Shown: positions 1 through 15,000 of the stretch, one piece after another
How positions within the stretch are numbered: the stretch's first letter is position 1
Layout of the letters: the number at the start of each line of letters is the position of its first letter
Origin: Eledone cirrhosa
Taxonomy: Eukaryota
DNA length: 64,000 bases
NCBI GenBank assembly: GCA_964016885.1
Contig: OZ024748.1
Coordinates: 36,642,001 to 36,706,000, forward strand
Direction: 5' to 3'
Translations under genes and position numbers: made by a program
Notes under the pieces: generated by a model
Databases searched by the model: none
What the model was told of the DNA's origin: nothing
Seen by the model: only the letters and a program-made list of their open reading frames with translations

Positions 1-3000
1 TGCCACGCAACACATTAGACCATTCTGTAACTATACCCTGCCTCACGACACATTAGAGCATCATGTAACTATACCCTGCCTCACAACATATTAGACCATA
101 CTGTAACTATACCCTGCCTCAGAACACATTAGACCATCCTGTAACTATACCCTGCCTCACAACACATTAGACCATTCTGTAACTATACCCTGCCTCGCAA
201 CACATTAGACCATTCTGTAACTATACCCTGCCTCACAACACATTAGACCATCCTGTAACTATACCCTGACTCACAACATATTACACCATTCTGTAACTAT
301 ACCCAGCCTCACAACACAGACCATTCTGTAACTATACCCTGCCTCACAACACATTATATCATCCTGTAACTATACACTGCCTCACAACACATTAGATCAT
401 CCTGTAACTATACCCTGCCTCACAACACTTTAGACCATCCTGCAACTATACCCTGCCTCACAACACATTAGACCATTCTGTAACTATACCCTGCCTCACA
501 ACACGTTATATTATCCTGTAACTATACCCTGCCTCACAACACATTAGATCATCCTGTAACTATACCCTGCCTCACAACACTTTAGACCATCCTGCAACTA
601 TACCCTGCCTCACAACACATTAGACCATTCTGTAACTATACCCTGCCTCACAACACATTAGACCATTCTGTTACTATACCCTGCCTCACAACACATTAGA
701 CCATTCTGTAACTATACCCCGCCTCACAACACATTAGACCATTCTGTAACTAAACCCTGCCTCACAACACAGACCATCCTATAACTATACCCTGCCTCAC
801 AACACATTAGACCATTCTGTAACTATAGCCTGCCTCACAACACTTTAGACCATTCTGTAACTATACCCTGCCTCACAACACATTAGACCATTCTGTATCT
901 ATACCCTGCCTCACAACACATTAGACCATTCTGTTACTATACCCTGCCTCACAACACATTAAACCATTCTGTTACTATACCCTGCCTCACAACACATTAG
1001 ACCATCCTGTAACTATACCCTGCCTCACAACACATTAGATCATTCTGTAACTATACCCTGCCTCATAACACATTACACCATCCTGTAACTATACCCTGCC
1101 TCACAAAACATTAGACCATCCTGTAACTATATCCTATCCCACAACACATTAGACCATTCTGTAACTATACCTTGCCTCACAACACATTAGATCATCCTGT
1201 AACTATACCCTGCCTCACAACACATTAGACCATTCTGTAAATATACCCTGCCTCACAACATATTAGACCATTCTGTGACTATAGCCTGTCTCACAACACA
1301 TTAGACCATTCTGTAACTATACCCTACCTCACAACACAGACCATCCTATAACTATACCCTGCCTCACAACACATTAGACCATTCTGTAACTATAGCCTGC
1401 CTCAGAACACTTTAGAGCATTCTGTAACTATACCCTGCCTCACAACACATTAGACCATTCTGTATCTATACCCTGCCTCACAACACATTAGAGCATTCTG
1501 TTACTATGCCCTGCCTCACAACACATTACACCATTCTGTTACTATACCCTGCCTCACAACACATTAGACCATCCTGTAACTCTACCCTGCCTCACAACAC
1601 ATTAGACCATTCTGTAACTATACCCTGCCTCATAACACATTACACCATCCTGTAACTATACCCTGCCTCACAAAACATTAGATCATACTGTAACTATATC
1701 CTACCCACAACACATTAGACCATTCTGTAACTATACCTTGCCTCACAACACATTAGATCATCCTGTAACTATACCCTGCCTCACAACACATTAGACCATT
1801 CTGTAAATATACCCTGCCTCACAACATATTAGACCATTCTGTGACTATACCCTGCCTCACAACACATTAGATCATCCTGTAGCTATATCCTACCCCACAA
1901 CACATTAGACCATCCTGTAACTATACCCTGGCTCACAACACATTAGTCCATCCTGTAACTATATGCGACCCCACAACACATTAGACCATCCTGTAACTAT
2001 ACCCTGCCTCACAACACATTAGACCATTCTGTAACTATACCCTGCCTCAAAACACATTAGACTATCCTGTAACTATATCCTACCCCATAACACATTAGAC
2101 CATCCTGTAGCTATATCCTACCCCACAACACATTAGACCATCCTGTAACTATACCCTGCCTCGCAACACATTAGACCATTGTGTAACTATACCCTGCCTC
2201 ACAACACATTAGATCATCCTGTAACTATACCCTGCCTCAAAACACATTAGAACATTCTGTAAATATACCCTGTCTCACAAGACATTAGACCATCCTGTAA
2301 CTATACCCTGCCTGACAACACATTAGACCATTCTGTAATTATAGCCTGCCTCACAACACATTAGACCATCCTGTAACTATATCCTACCCCACAACACATT
2401 AGACAATTCTGTAACTATACCTTGCCTCACAACACATTAGACCATTCTGTAAATATACCCTGCCTCAAAACACATTAGACTATCCTGTAACTATATCCTA
2501 CACCATAACACATTAAACCATCCTGTAACTATATCCTACCCCACAACACATTAGACCATCCTGTAACTATACTCTACCTCACAACACATTAGATCATCCT
2601 GTAACTATACCCTGCCTCACAACACATTAGACCATTCTGTAAATATACCCTGCCTCACAACACATTAGACCATCCTGTAACTATACCCTGTCTCACAACA
2701 CATTAGACCATCCTGTAACTATACCCTGCCTGACAACACGTTAGACCATTCTGTAACTATACCCTGCCTCACAACACATTAGACCATCCTGTAACTGTAT
2801 CCTACCCCACAACACATTAGACCATTCTGTAACTATACCTTGCCTAACAACATATTAGATCATCCTGTAACTATTACCTGGCTCACAACACATTAGACCA
2901 TTCTGTATCTATACGCTGCCTCAGAACACATTAGACCATTCTGTATCTATACCCTGCCTCACAACACATTAGACCATCCTGTAACTATATCCTACCTCAC

Positions 3001-3209
3001 AACACATTAGACCATCCTGTAACTATGCCCTGCCTCACAACACATTAGACCATTCTGTAACTATACCCTGCCTCACAACACATTAGACCATTCTGTAAAT
3101 ATACCCTGCCTCACAACACATTAGACCATTCTGTAACTATACCCTGCCTCACAACACATTAGACCATTCTGTAACTATACCCTGCCTCACAACACATTAG
3201 ACCATTCTG

Positions 3210-6200
3210 TAACTATACCCTGCCTCACAACACATTAGACCATTCTGTTACTATACCCTGCCTCACAACACATTAAACCATTCTGTTACTATACCCTGCC
3301 TCACAACACATTAGACCATCCTGTAACTATACCCTGCCTCACAACACATTAGACCATTCTGTAACTATACCCTGCCTCATAACACATTACACCATCCTGT
3401 AACTATACCCTGCCTCACAAAACATTAGACCATCCTGTAACTATATCCTATCCCACAACACATTAGGCCATCCTGTAACTATACCCTGCCTCACAACACA
3501 TTAGATCATCCTGTAACTATATCCTACCCACAACACATTAGACCATTCTGTAACTATACCTTGCCTCACAACACATTAGATCATCCTGTAACTATACCCT
3601 GCCTCACAACACATTAGACCATTCTGTAAATATACCCTGCCTCACAACATATTAGACCATTCTGTGACTATACCCTGTCTCACAACACATTAGACCATTC
3701 TGTAACTATACCCTGCCACGCAACACATTAGACCATTCTGTAACTATACCCTGCCTCACAACACATTAGACCATCCTGTAACTATACCCTGACTCACAAC
3801 ATATTACACCATTCTGTAAATATACCCAGCCTCACAACACAGACCATTCTGTAACCATACACTGCCTCACAACACATTAGACCATTCTGTAACTATACCC
3901 TGCCTCACAACACGTTATATTATCCTGTAACTATACCCTGCCTAACAACACATTAGATCATCCTGTAACTATACCCTGCCTCACAACACTTTAGACCATC
4001 CTGCAACTATACCCTGCCTCACAACACATTAGACCATTCTGTAACTATACCCTGCCTCACAACACATTAGACCATTCTGTTACTATACCCTGCCTCACAA
4101 CACATTAGACCATTCTGTAACTATACCCCGCCTCACAACACATTAGACCATTCTGTAACTAAACCCTGCCTCACAACACAGACCATCCTATAACTATACC
4201 CTGCCTCACAACACATTAGACCATTCTGTAACTATAGCCTGCCTCACAACACTTTAGACCATTCTGTAACTATACCCTGCCTCACAACACATTAGACCAT
4301 TCTGTATCTATACCCTGCCTCACAACACATTAGACCATTCTGTTACTATACCCTGCCTCACAACACATTAAACCATTCTGTTACTATACCCTGCCTCACA
4401 ACACATTAGACCATCCTGTAACTATACCCTGCCTCACAACACATTAGACCATTCTGTAACTATACCCTGCCTCATAACACATTACACCATCCTGTAACTA
4501 TACCCTGCCTCACAAAACATTAGACCATCCTGTAACTATATCCTATCCCACAACACATTAGGCCATCCTGTAACTATACCCTGCCTCACAACACATTAGA
4601 TCATCCTTTAACTATATCCTACCCACAACACATTAGACCATTCTGTAACTATACCTTGCCTCACAACACATTAGATCATCCTGTAACTATACCCTGCCTA
4701 ACAACACATTAGACCATTCTGTAAATATACCCTGCCTCACAACATATTAGACCATTCTGTGACTATACCCTGTCTCACAACACATTAGACCATCCTGTAA
4801 CTATACCCTGCCTCGCAACACATTAGACCATCCTGTAACTATACCCTGCCTCACGACACATTAGAGCATCATGTAACTATACCCTGCCTCACAACATATT
4901 AGACCATACTGTAACTATACCCTGCCTCAGAACACATTAGACCATCCTGTAACTATACCCTGCCTCACAACACATTAGACCATTCTGTAACTATACCCTG
5001 CCTCGCAACACATTAGACCATTCTGTAACTATACCCTGCCTCACAACACATTAGACCATCCTGTAACTATACCCTGACTCACAACATATTACACCATTCT
5101 GTAACTATACCCAGCCTCACAACACAGACCATTCTGTAACTATACCCTGCCTCACAACACATTATATCATCCTGTAACTATACACTGCCTCACAACACAT
5201 TAGATCATCCTGTAACTATACCCTGCCTCACAACACTTTAGACCATCCTGCAACTATACCCTGCCTCACAACACATTAGACCATTCTGTAACTATACCCT
5301 GCCTCACAACACATTAGACCATTCTGTTACTATACCCTGCCTCACAACACATTAAACCATTCTGTTACTATACTCTGCCTCACAACACATTAGACCATCC
5401 TGTAACTATACCCTGCCTCACAACACATTAGACCATTCTGTAACTATACCCTGCCTCATAACACATTACACCATCCTGTAACTATACCCTGCCTCACAAA
5501 ACATTAGACCATCCTGTAACTATATCCTATCCCACAACACATTAGGCCATCCTGTAACTATACCCTGCCTCACAACACATTAGATCATCCTGTAACTATA
5601 TCCTACCCACAACACATTAGACCATTCTGTAACTATACCTTGCCTCACAACACATTAGATCATCCTGTAACTATACCCTGCCTCACAACACATTAGACCA
5701 TTCTGTAAATATACCCTGCCTCACAACATATTAGACCATTCTGTGACTATACCCTGTCTCACAACACATTAGACCATTCTGTAACTATACCCTGCCACGC
5801 AACACATTAGACCATTCTGTAACTATACCCTGCCTCACGACACATTAGAGCATCATGTAACTATACCCTGCCTCACAACATATTAGACCATACTGTAACT
5901 ATACCCTGCCTCAGAACACATTAGACCATCCTGTAACTATACCCTGCCTCACAACACATTAGACCATTCTGTAACTATACCCTGCCTCGCAACACATTAG
6001 ACCATTCTGTAACTATACCCTGCCTCACAACACATTAGACCATCCTGTAACTATACCCTGACTCACAACATATTACACCATTCTGTAACTATACCCAGCC
6101 TCACAACACAGACCATTCTGTAACTATACCCTGCCTCACAACACATTATATCATCCTGTAACTATACACTGCCTCACAACACATTAGATCATCCTGTAAC

Positions 6201-9200
6201 TATACCCTGCCTCACAACACTTTAGACCATCCTGCAACTATACCCTGCCTCACAACACATTAGACCATTCTGTAACTATACCCTGCCTCACAACACGTTA
6301 TATTATCCTGTAACTATACCCTGCCTCACAACACATTAGATCATCCTGTAACTATACCCTGCCTCACAACACTTTAGACCATCCTGCAACTATACCCTGC
6401 CTCACAACACATTAGACCATTCTGTAACTATACCCTGCCTCACAACACATTAGACCATTCTGTTACTATACCCTGCCTCACAACACATTAGACCATTCTG
6501 TAACTATACCCCGCCTCACAACACATTAGACCATTCTGTAACTAAACCCTGCCTCACAACACAGACCATCCTATAACTATACCCTGCCTCACAACACATT
6601 AGACCATTCTGTAACTATAGCCTGCCTCACAACACTTTAGACCATTCTGTAACTATACCCTGCCTCACAACACATTAGACCATTCTGTATCTATACCCTG
6701 CCTCACAACACATTAGACCATTCTGTTACTATACCCTGCCTCACAACACATTAAACCATTCTGTTACTATACCCTGCCTCACAACACATTAGACCATCCT
6801 GTAACTATACCCTGCCTCACAACACATTAGATCATTCTGTAACTATACCCTGCCTCATAACACATTACACCATCCTGTAACTATACCCTGCCTCACAAAA
6901 CATTAGACCATCCTGTAACTATATCCTATCCCACAACACATTAGGCCATCCTGTAACTATACCCTGCCTCACAACACATTAGATCATCCTGTAACTATAT
7001 CCTACCCACAACACATTAGACCATTCTGTAACTATACCTTGCCTCACAACACATTAGATAGTCCTGTAACTATACCCTGCCTCACAACACATTAGACCAT
7101 TCTGTAAATATACCCTGCCTCACAACATATTAGACCATTCTGTGACTATAGCCTGTCTCACAACACATTAGACCATTCTGTAACTATACCCTGCCACGTA
7201 ACACATTAGACCATTCTGTAACTATACCCTACCTCACAACACAGACCATCCTATAACTATACCCTGCCTCACAACACATTAGACCATTCTGTTACTATAC
7301 CCTGCCTCACAACACATTAAACCATTCTGTTACTATACCCTGCCTCACAACACATTAGACCATCCTGTAACTATACCCTGCCTCACAACACATTAGACCA
7401 TTCTGTAACTATACCCTGCCTCATAACACATTACACCATCCTGTAACTATACCCTGCCTCACAAAACATTAGACCATCCTGTAACTATATCCTATCCCAC
7501 AACACATTAGGCCATCCTGTAACTATACCCTGCCTCACAACACATTAGATCATCCTGTAACTATATCCTACCCACAACACATTAGACCATTCTGTAACTA
7601 TACCTTGCCTCACAACACATTAGATCATCCTGTAACTATACCCTGCCTCACAACACATTAGACCATTCTGTAAATATACCCTGCCTCACAACATATTAGA
7701 CCATTCTGTGACTATACCCTGTCTCAAAACACATTAGACCATTCTGTAACTATACCCTGCCACGCAACACATTAGACCATTCTGTAACTATACCCTGCCT
7801 CACAACACATTAGACCATCCTGTAACTATACCCTGACTCACAACATATTACACCATTCTGTAAATATACCCAGCCTCACAACACAGACCATTCTGTAACC
7901 ATACACTGCCTCACAACACATTAGACCATTCTGTAACTATACCCTGCCTCACAACACGTTATATTATCCTGTAACTATACCCTGCCTAACAACACATTAG
8001 ATCATCCTGTAACTATACCCTGCCTCACAACACTTTAGACCATCCTGCAACTATACCCTGCCTCACAACACATTAGACCATTCTGTAACTATACCCTGCC
8101 TCACAACACATTAGACCATTCTGTTACTATACCCTGCCTCACAACACATTAGACCATTCTGTAACTATACCCCGCCTCACAACACATTAGACCATTCTGT
8201 AACTAAACCCTGCCTCACAACACAGACCATCCTATAACTATACCCTGCCTCACAACACATTAGACCATTCTGTAACTATAGCCTGCCTCACAACACTTTA
8301 GACCATTCTGTAACTATACCCTGCCTCACAACACATTAGACCATTCTGTATCTATACCCTGCCTCACAACACATTAGACCATTCTGTTACTATACCCTGC
8401 CTCACAACACATTAAACCATTCTGTTACTATACCCTGCCTCACAACACATTAGACCATCCTGTAACTATACCCTGCCTCACAACACATTAGACCATTCTG
8501 TAACTATACCCTGCCTCATAACACATTACACCATCCTGTAACTATACCCTGCCTCACAAAACATTAGACCATCCTGTAACTATATCCTATCCCACAACAC
8601 ATTAGGCCATCCTGTAACTATACCCTGCCTCACAACACATTAGATCATCCTTTAACTATATCCTACCCACAACACATTAGACCATTCTGTAACTATACCT
8701 TGCCTCACAACACATTAGATCATCCTGTAACTATACCCTGCCTAACAACACATTAGACCATTCTGTAAATATACCCTGCCTCACAACATATTAGACCATT
8801 CTGTGACTATACCCTGTCTCACAACACATTAGACCATCCTGTAACTATACCCTGCCTCGCAACACATTAGACCATCCTGTAACTATACCCTGCCTCACGA
8901 CACATTAGAGCATCATGTAACTATACCCTGCCTCACAACATATTAGACCATACTGTAACTATACCCTGCCTCAGAACACATTAGACCATCCTGTAACTAT
9001 ACCCTGCCTCACAACACATTAGACCATTCTGTAACTATACCCTGCCTCGCAACACATTAGACCATTCTGTAACTATACCCTGCCTCACAACACATTAGAC
9101 CATCCTGTAACTATACCCTGACTCACAACATATTACACCATTCTGTAACTATACCCAGCCTCACAACACAGACCATTCTGTAACTATACCCTGCCTCACA

Positions 9201-11073
9201 ACACATTATATCATCCTGTAACTATACACTGCCTCACAACACATTAGATCATCCTGTAACTATACCCTGCCTCACAACACTTTAGACCATCCTGCAACTA
9301 TACCCTGCCTCACAACACATTAGACCATTCTGTAACTATACCCTGCCTCACAACACATTAGACCATTCTGTTACTATACCCTGCCTCACAACACATTAAA
9401 CCATTCTGTTACTATACTCTGCCTCACAACACATTAGACCATCCTGTAACCATACCCTGCCTCACAACACATTAGACCATTCTGTAACTATACCCTGCCT
9501 CATAACACATTACACCATCCTGTAACTATACCCTGCCTCACAAAACATTAGACCATCCTGTAACTATATCCTATCCCACAACACATTAGGCCATCCTGTA
9601 ACTATACCCTGCCTCACAACACATTAGATCATCCTGTAACTATATCCTACCCACAACACATTAGACCATTCTGTAACTATACCTTGCCTCACAACACATT
9701 AGATCATCCTGTAACTATACCCTGCCTCACAACACATTAGACCATTCTGTAAATATACCCTGCCTCACAACATATTAGACCATTCTGTGACTATACCCTG
9801 TCTCACAACACATTAGACCATTCTGTAACTATACCCTGCCACGCAACACATTAGACCATTCTGTAACTATACCCTGCCTCACGACACATTAGAGCATCAT
9901 GTAACTATACCCTGCCTCACAACATATTAGACCATACTGTAACTATACCCTGCCTCAGAACACATTAGACCATCCTGTAACTATACCCTGCCTCACAACA
10001 CATTAGACCATTCTGTAACTATACCCTGCCTCGCAACACATTAGACCATTCTGTAACTATACCCTGCCTCACAACACATTAGACCATCCTGTAACTATAC
10101 CCTGACTCACAACATATTACACCATTCTGTAACTATACCCAGCCTCACAACACAGACCATTCTGTAACTATACCCTGCCTCACAACACATTATATCATCC
10201 TGTAACTATACACTGCCTCACAACACATTAGATCATCCTGTAACTATACCCTGCCTCACAACACTTTAGACCATCCTGCAACTATACCCTGCCTCACAAC
10301 ACATTAGACCATTCTGTAACTATACCCTGCCTCACAACACGTTATATTATCCTGTAACTATACCCTGCCTCACAACACATTAGATCATCCTGTAACTATA
10401 CCCTGCCTCACAACACTTTAGACCATCCTGCAACTATACCCTGCCTCACAACACATTAGACCATTCTGTAACTATACCCTGCCTCACAACACATTAGACC
10501 ATTCTGTTACTATACCCTGCCTCACAACACATTAGACCATTCTGTAACTATACCCCGCCTCACAACACATTAGACCATTCTGTAACTAAACCCTGCCTCA
10601 CAACACAGACCATCCTATAACTATACCCTGCCTCACAACACATTAGACCATTCTGTAACTATAGCCTGCCTCACAACACTTTAGACCATTCTGTAACTAT
10701 ACCCTGCCTCACAACACATTAGACCATTCTGTATCTATACCCTGCCTCACAACACATTAGACCATTCTGTTACTATACCCTGCCTCACAACACATTAAAC
10801 CATTCTGTTACTATACCCTGCCTCACAACACATTAGACCATCCTGTAACTATACCCTGCCTCACAACACATTAGATCATTCTGTAACTATACCCTGCCTC
10901 ATAACACATTACACCATCCTGTAACTATACCCTGCCTCACAAAACATTAGACCATCCTGTAACTATATCCTATCCCACAACACATTAGGCCATCCTGTAA
11001 CTATACCCTGCCTCACAACACATTAGATCATCCTGTAACTATATCCTACCCACAACACATTAGACCATTCTGT
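3210..11073. repeat. Higher-order duplication with 4044-bp period (about 3210-7029 copied at about 7254-11073)
   Basis: Rare variants recur at +4044: TCATCCTTTAAC at 4601/8645, TACTCTGCC at 5371/9415, and TGCCACGCAA...CACGACACATTAGAGCATCATG at 5793/9837. The match ends at about 7030/11074. Confidence 0.85.
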
Positions 11074-12044
11074 TACTATACCCTGCCTCACAACACATTA
11101 AACCATTCTGTTACTATACCCTGCCTCACAACACATTAGACCATCCTGTAACTATACCCTGCCTCACAACACATTAGACCATTCTGTAACTATACCCTGC
11201 CTCATAACACATTACACCATCCTGTAACTATACCCTGCCTCACAAAACATTAGACCATCCTGTAACTATATCCTATCCCACAACACATTAGGCCATCCTG
11301 TAACTATACCCTGCCTCACAACACATTAGATCATCCTGTAACTATATCCTACCCACAACACATTAGACCATTCTGTAACTATACCTTGCCTCACAACACA
11401 TTAGATCATCCTGTAACTATACCCTGCCTCACAACACATTAGACCATTCTGTAAATATACCCTGCCTCACAACATATTAGACCATTCTGTGACTATACCC
11501 TGTCTCACAACACATTAGACCATTCTGTAACTATACCCTGCCACGCAACACATTAGACCATTCTGTAACTATACCCTGCCTCACAACACATTAGACCATC
11601 CTGTAACTATACCCTGACTCACAACATATTACACCATTCTGTAAATATACCCAGCCTCACAACACAGACCATTCTGTAACCATACACTGCCTCACAACAC
11701 ATTAGACCATTCTGTAACTATACCCTGCCTCACAACACGTTATATTATCCTGTAACTATACCCTGCCTAACAACACATTAGATCATCCTGTAACTATACC
11801 CTGCCTCACAACACTTTAGACCATCCTGCAACTATATCCTGCCTCACAACACATTAGACCATTCTGTAACTATGCCCTGCCTCACAACACATTACACCAT
11901 TCTGTTACTATACCCTGCCTCACAACACATTAGACCATCCTGTAACTCTACCCTGCCTCACAACACATTAGACCATTCTGTAACTATACCCTGCCTCATA
12001 ACACATTACACCATCCTGTAACTATACCCTGCATCACAAAACAT

Positions 12045-15000
12045 TAGATCATCCTGTAACTATATCCTACCCACAACACATTAGACCATTCTGTAACTAT
12101 ACCTTGCCTCACAACACATTAGATCATCCTGTAACTATACCCTGCCTCACAACACATTAGACCATTCTGTAAATATACCCTGCCTCACAACATATTAGAC
12201 CATTCTGTGACTATAGCCTGTCTCACAACACATTAGACCATTCTGTAACTATACCCTGCCACGTAACACATTAGACCATTCTGTAACTATACCCTACCTC
12301 ACAACACAGACCATCCTATAACTATACCCTGCCTCACAACAGATTAGACCATTCTGTAACTATAGCCTGCCTCAGAACACTTTAGAGCATTCTGTAACTA
12401 TACCCTGCCTCACAACACATTAGACCATTCTGTATCTATACCCTGCCTCACAACACATTAGAGCATTCTGTTACTATGCCCTGCCTCACAACACATTACA
12501 CCATTCTGTTACTATACCCTGCCTCACAACACATTAGACCATCCTGTAACTCTACCCTGCCTCACAACACATTAGACCATTCTGTAACTATACCCTGCCT
12601 CATAACACATTACACCATCCTGTAACTATACCCTGCCTCACAAAACATTAGATCATACTGTAACTATATCCTACCCACAACACATTAGACCATTCTGTAA
12701 CTATACCTTGCCTCACAACACATTAGATCATCCTGTAACTATACCCTGCCTCACAACACATTAGACCATTCTGTAAATATACCCTGCCTCACAACATATT
12801 AGACCATTCTGTGACTATACCCTGCCTCACAACACATTAGATCATCCTGTAGCTATATCCTACCCCACAACACATTAGACCATCCTGTAACTATACCCTG
12901 GCTCACAACACATTAGTCCATCCTGTAACTATATGCGACCCCACAACACATTAGACCATCCTGTAACTATACCCTGCCTCACAACACATTAGACCATTCT
13001 GTAACTATACCCTGCCTCAAAACACATTAGACTATCCTGTAACTATATCCTACCCCATAACACATTAGACCATCCTGTAGCTATATCCTACCCCACAACA
13101 CATTAGACCATCCTGTAACTATACCCTGCCTCGCAACACATTAGACCATTGTGTAACTATACCCTGCCTCACAACACATTAGATCATCCTGTAACTATAC
13201 CCTGCCTCAAAACACATTAGAACATTCTGTAAATATACCCTGCCTCACAACACATTAGACCATCCTGTATATATACCCTGTCTCACAAGACATTAGACCA
13301 TCCTGTAACTATACCCTGCCTGACAACACATTAGACCATTCTGTAATTATAGCCTGCCTCACAACACATTAGACCATCCTGTAACTATATCCTACCCCAC
13401 AACACATTAGACAATTCTGTAACTATACCTTGCCTCACAACACATTAGACCATTCTGTAAATATACCCTGCCTCAAAACACATTAGACTATCCTGTAACT
13501 ATATCCTACACCATAACACATTAAACCATCCTGTAACTATATCCTACCCCACAACACATTAGACCATCCTGTAACTATACTCTACCTCACAACACATTAG
13601 ATCATCCTGTAACTATACCCTGCCTCACAACACATTAGACCATTCTGTAAATATACCCTGCCTCACAACACATTAGACCATCCTGTAACTATACCCTGTC
13701 TCACAACACATTAGACCATCCTGTAACTATACCCTGCCTGACAACACGTTAGACCATTCTGTAACTATACCCTGCCTCACAACACATTAGACCATCCTGT
13801 AACTGTATCCTACCCCACAACACATTAGACCATTCTGTAACTATACCTTGCCTAACAACATATTAGATCATCCTGTAACTATTACCTGGCTCACAACACA
13901 TTAGACCATTCTGTATCTATACGCTGCCTCACAACACATTAGACCATTCTGTATCTATACCCTGCCTCACAACACATTAGACCATCCTGTAACTATATCC
14001 TACCTCACAACACATTAGACCATCCTGTAACTATGCCCTGCCTCACAACACATTAGACCATTCTGTAACTATACCCTGCCTCACAACACATTAGACCATT
14101 CTGTAAATATACCCTGCCTCACAACACATTAGACCATTCTGTAACTATACCCTGCCTCACAACACATTAGACCATTCTGTAACTATACCCTGCCTCACAA
14201 CACATTAGACCATTCTGTAACTATACCCTGCCTCACAACACATTAGACCATTCTGTTACTATACCCTGCCTCACAACACATTAAACCATTCTGTTACTAT
14301 ACCCTGCCTCACAACACATTAGACCATCCTGTAACTATACCCTGCCTCACAACACATTAGACCATTCTGTAACTATACCCTGCCTCATAACACATTACAC
14401 CATCCTGTAACTATACCCTGCCTCACAAAACATTAGACCATCCTGTAACTATATCCTATCCCACAACACATTAGGCCATCCTGTAACTATACCCTGCCTC
14501 ACAACACATTAGATCATCCTGTAACTATATCCTACCCACAACACATTAGACCATTCTGTAACTATACCTTGCCTCACAACACATTAGATCATCCTGTAAC
14601 TATACCCTGCCTCACAACACATTAGACCATTCTGTAAATATACCCTGCCTCACAACATATTAGACCATTCTGTGACTATACCCTGTCTCACAACACATTA
14701 GACCATTCTGTAACTATACCCTGCCACGCAACACATTAGACCATTCTGTAACTATACCCTGCCTCACAACACATTAGACCATCCTGTAACTATACCCTGA
14801 CTCACAACATATTACACCATTCTGTAAATATACCCAGCCTCACAACACAGACCATTCTGTAACCATACACTGCCTCACAACACATTAGACCATTCTGTAA
14901 CTATACCCTGCCTCACAACACGTTATATTATCCTGTAACTATACCCTGCCTAACAACACATTAGATCATCCTGTAACTATACCCTGCCTCACAACACTTT

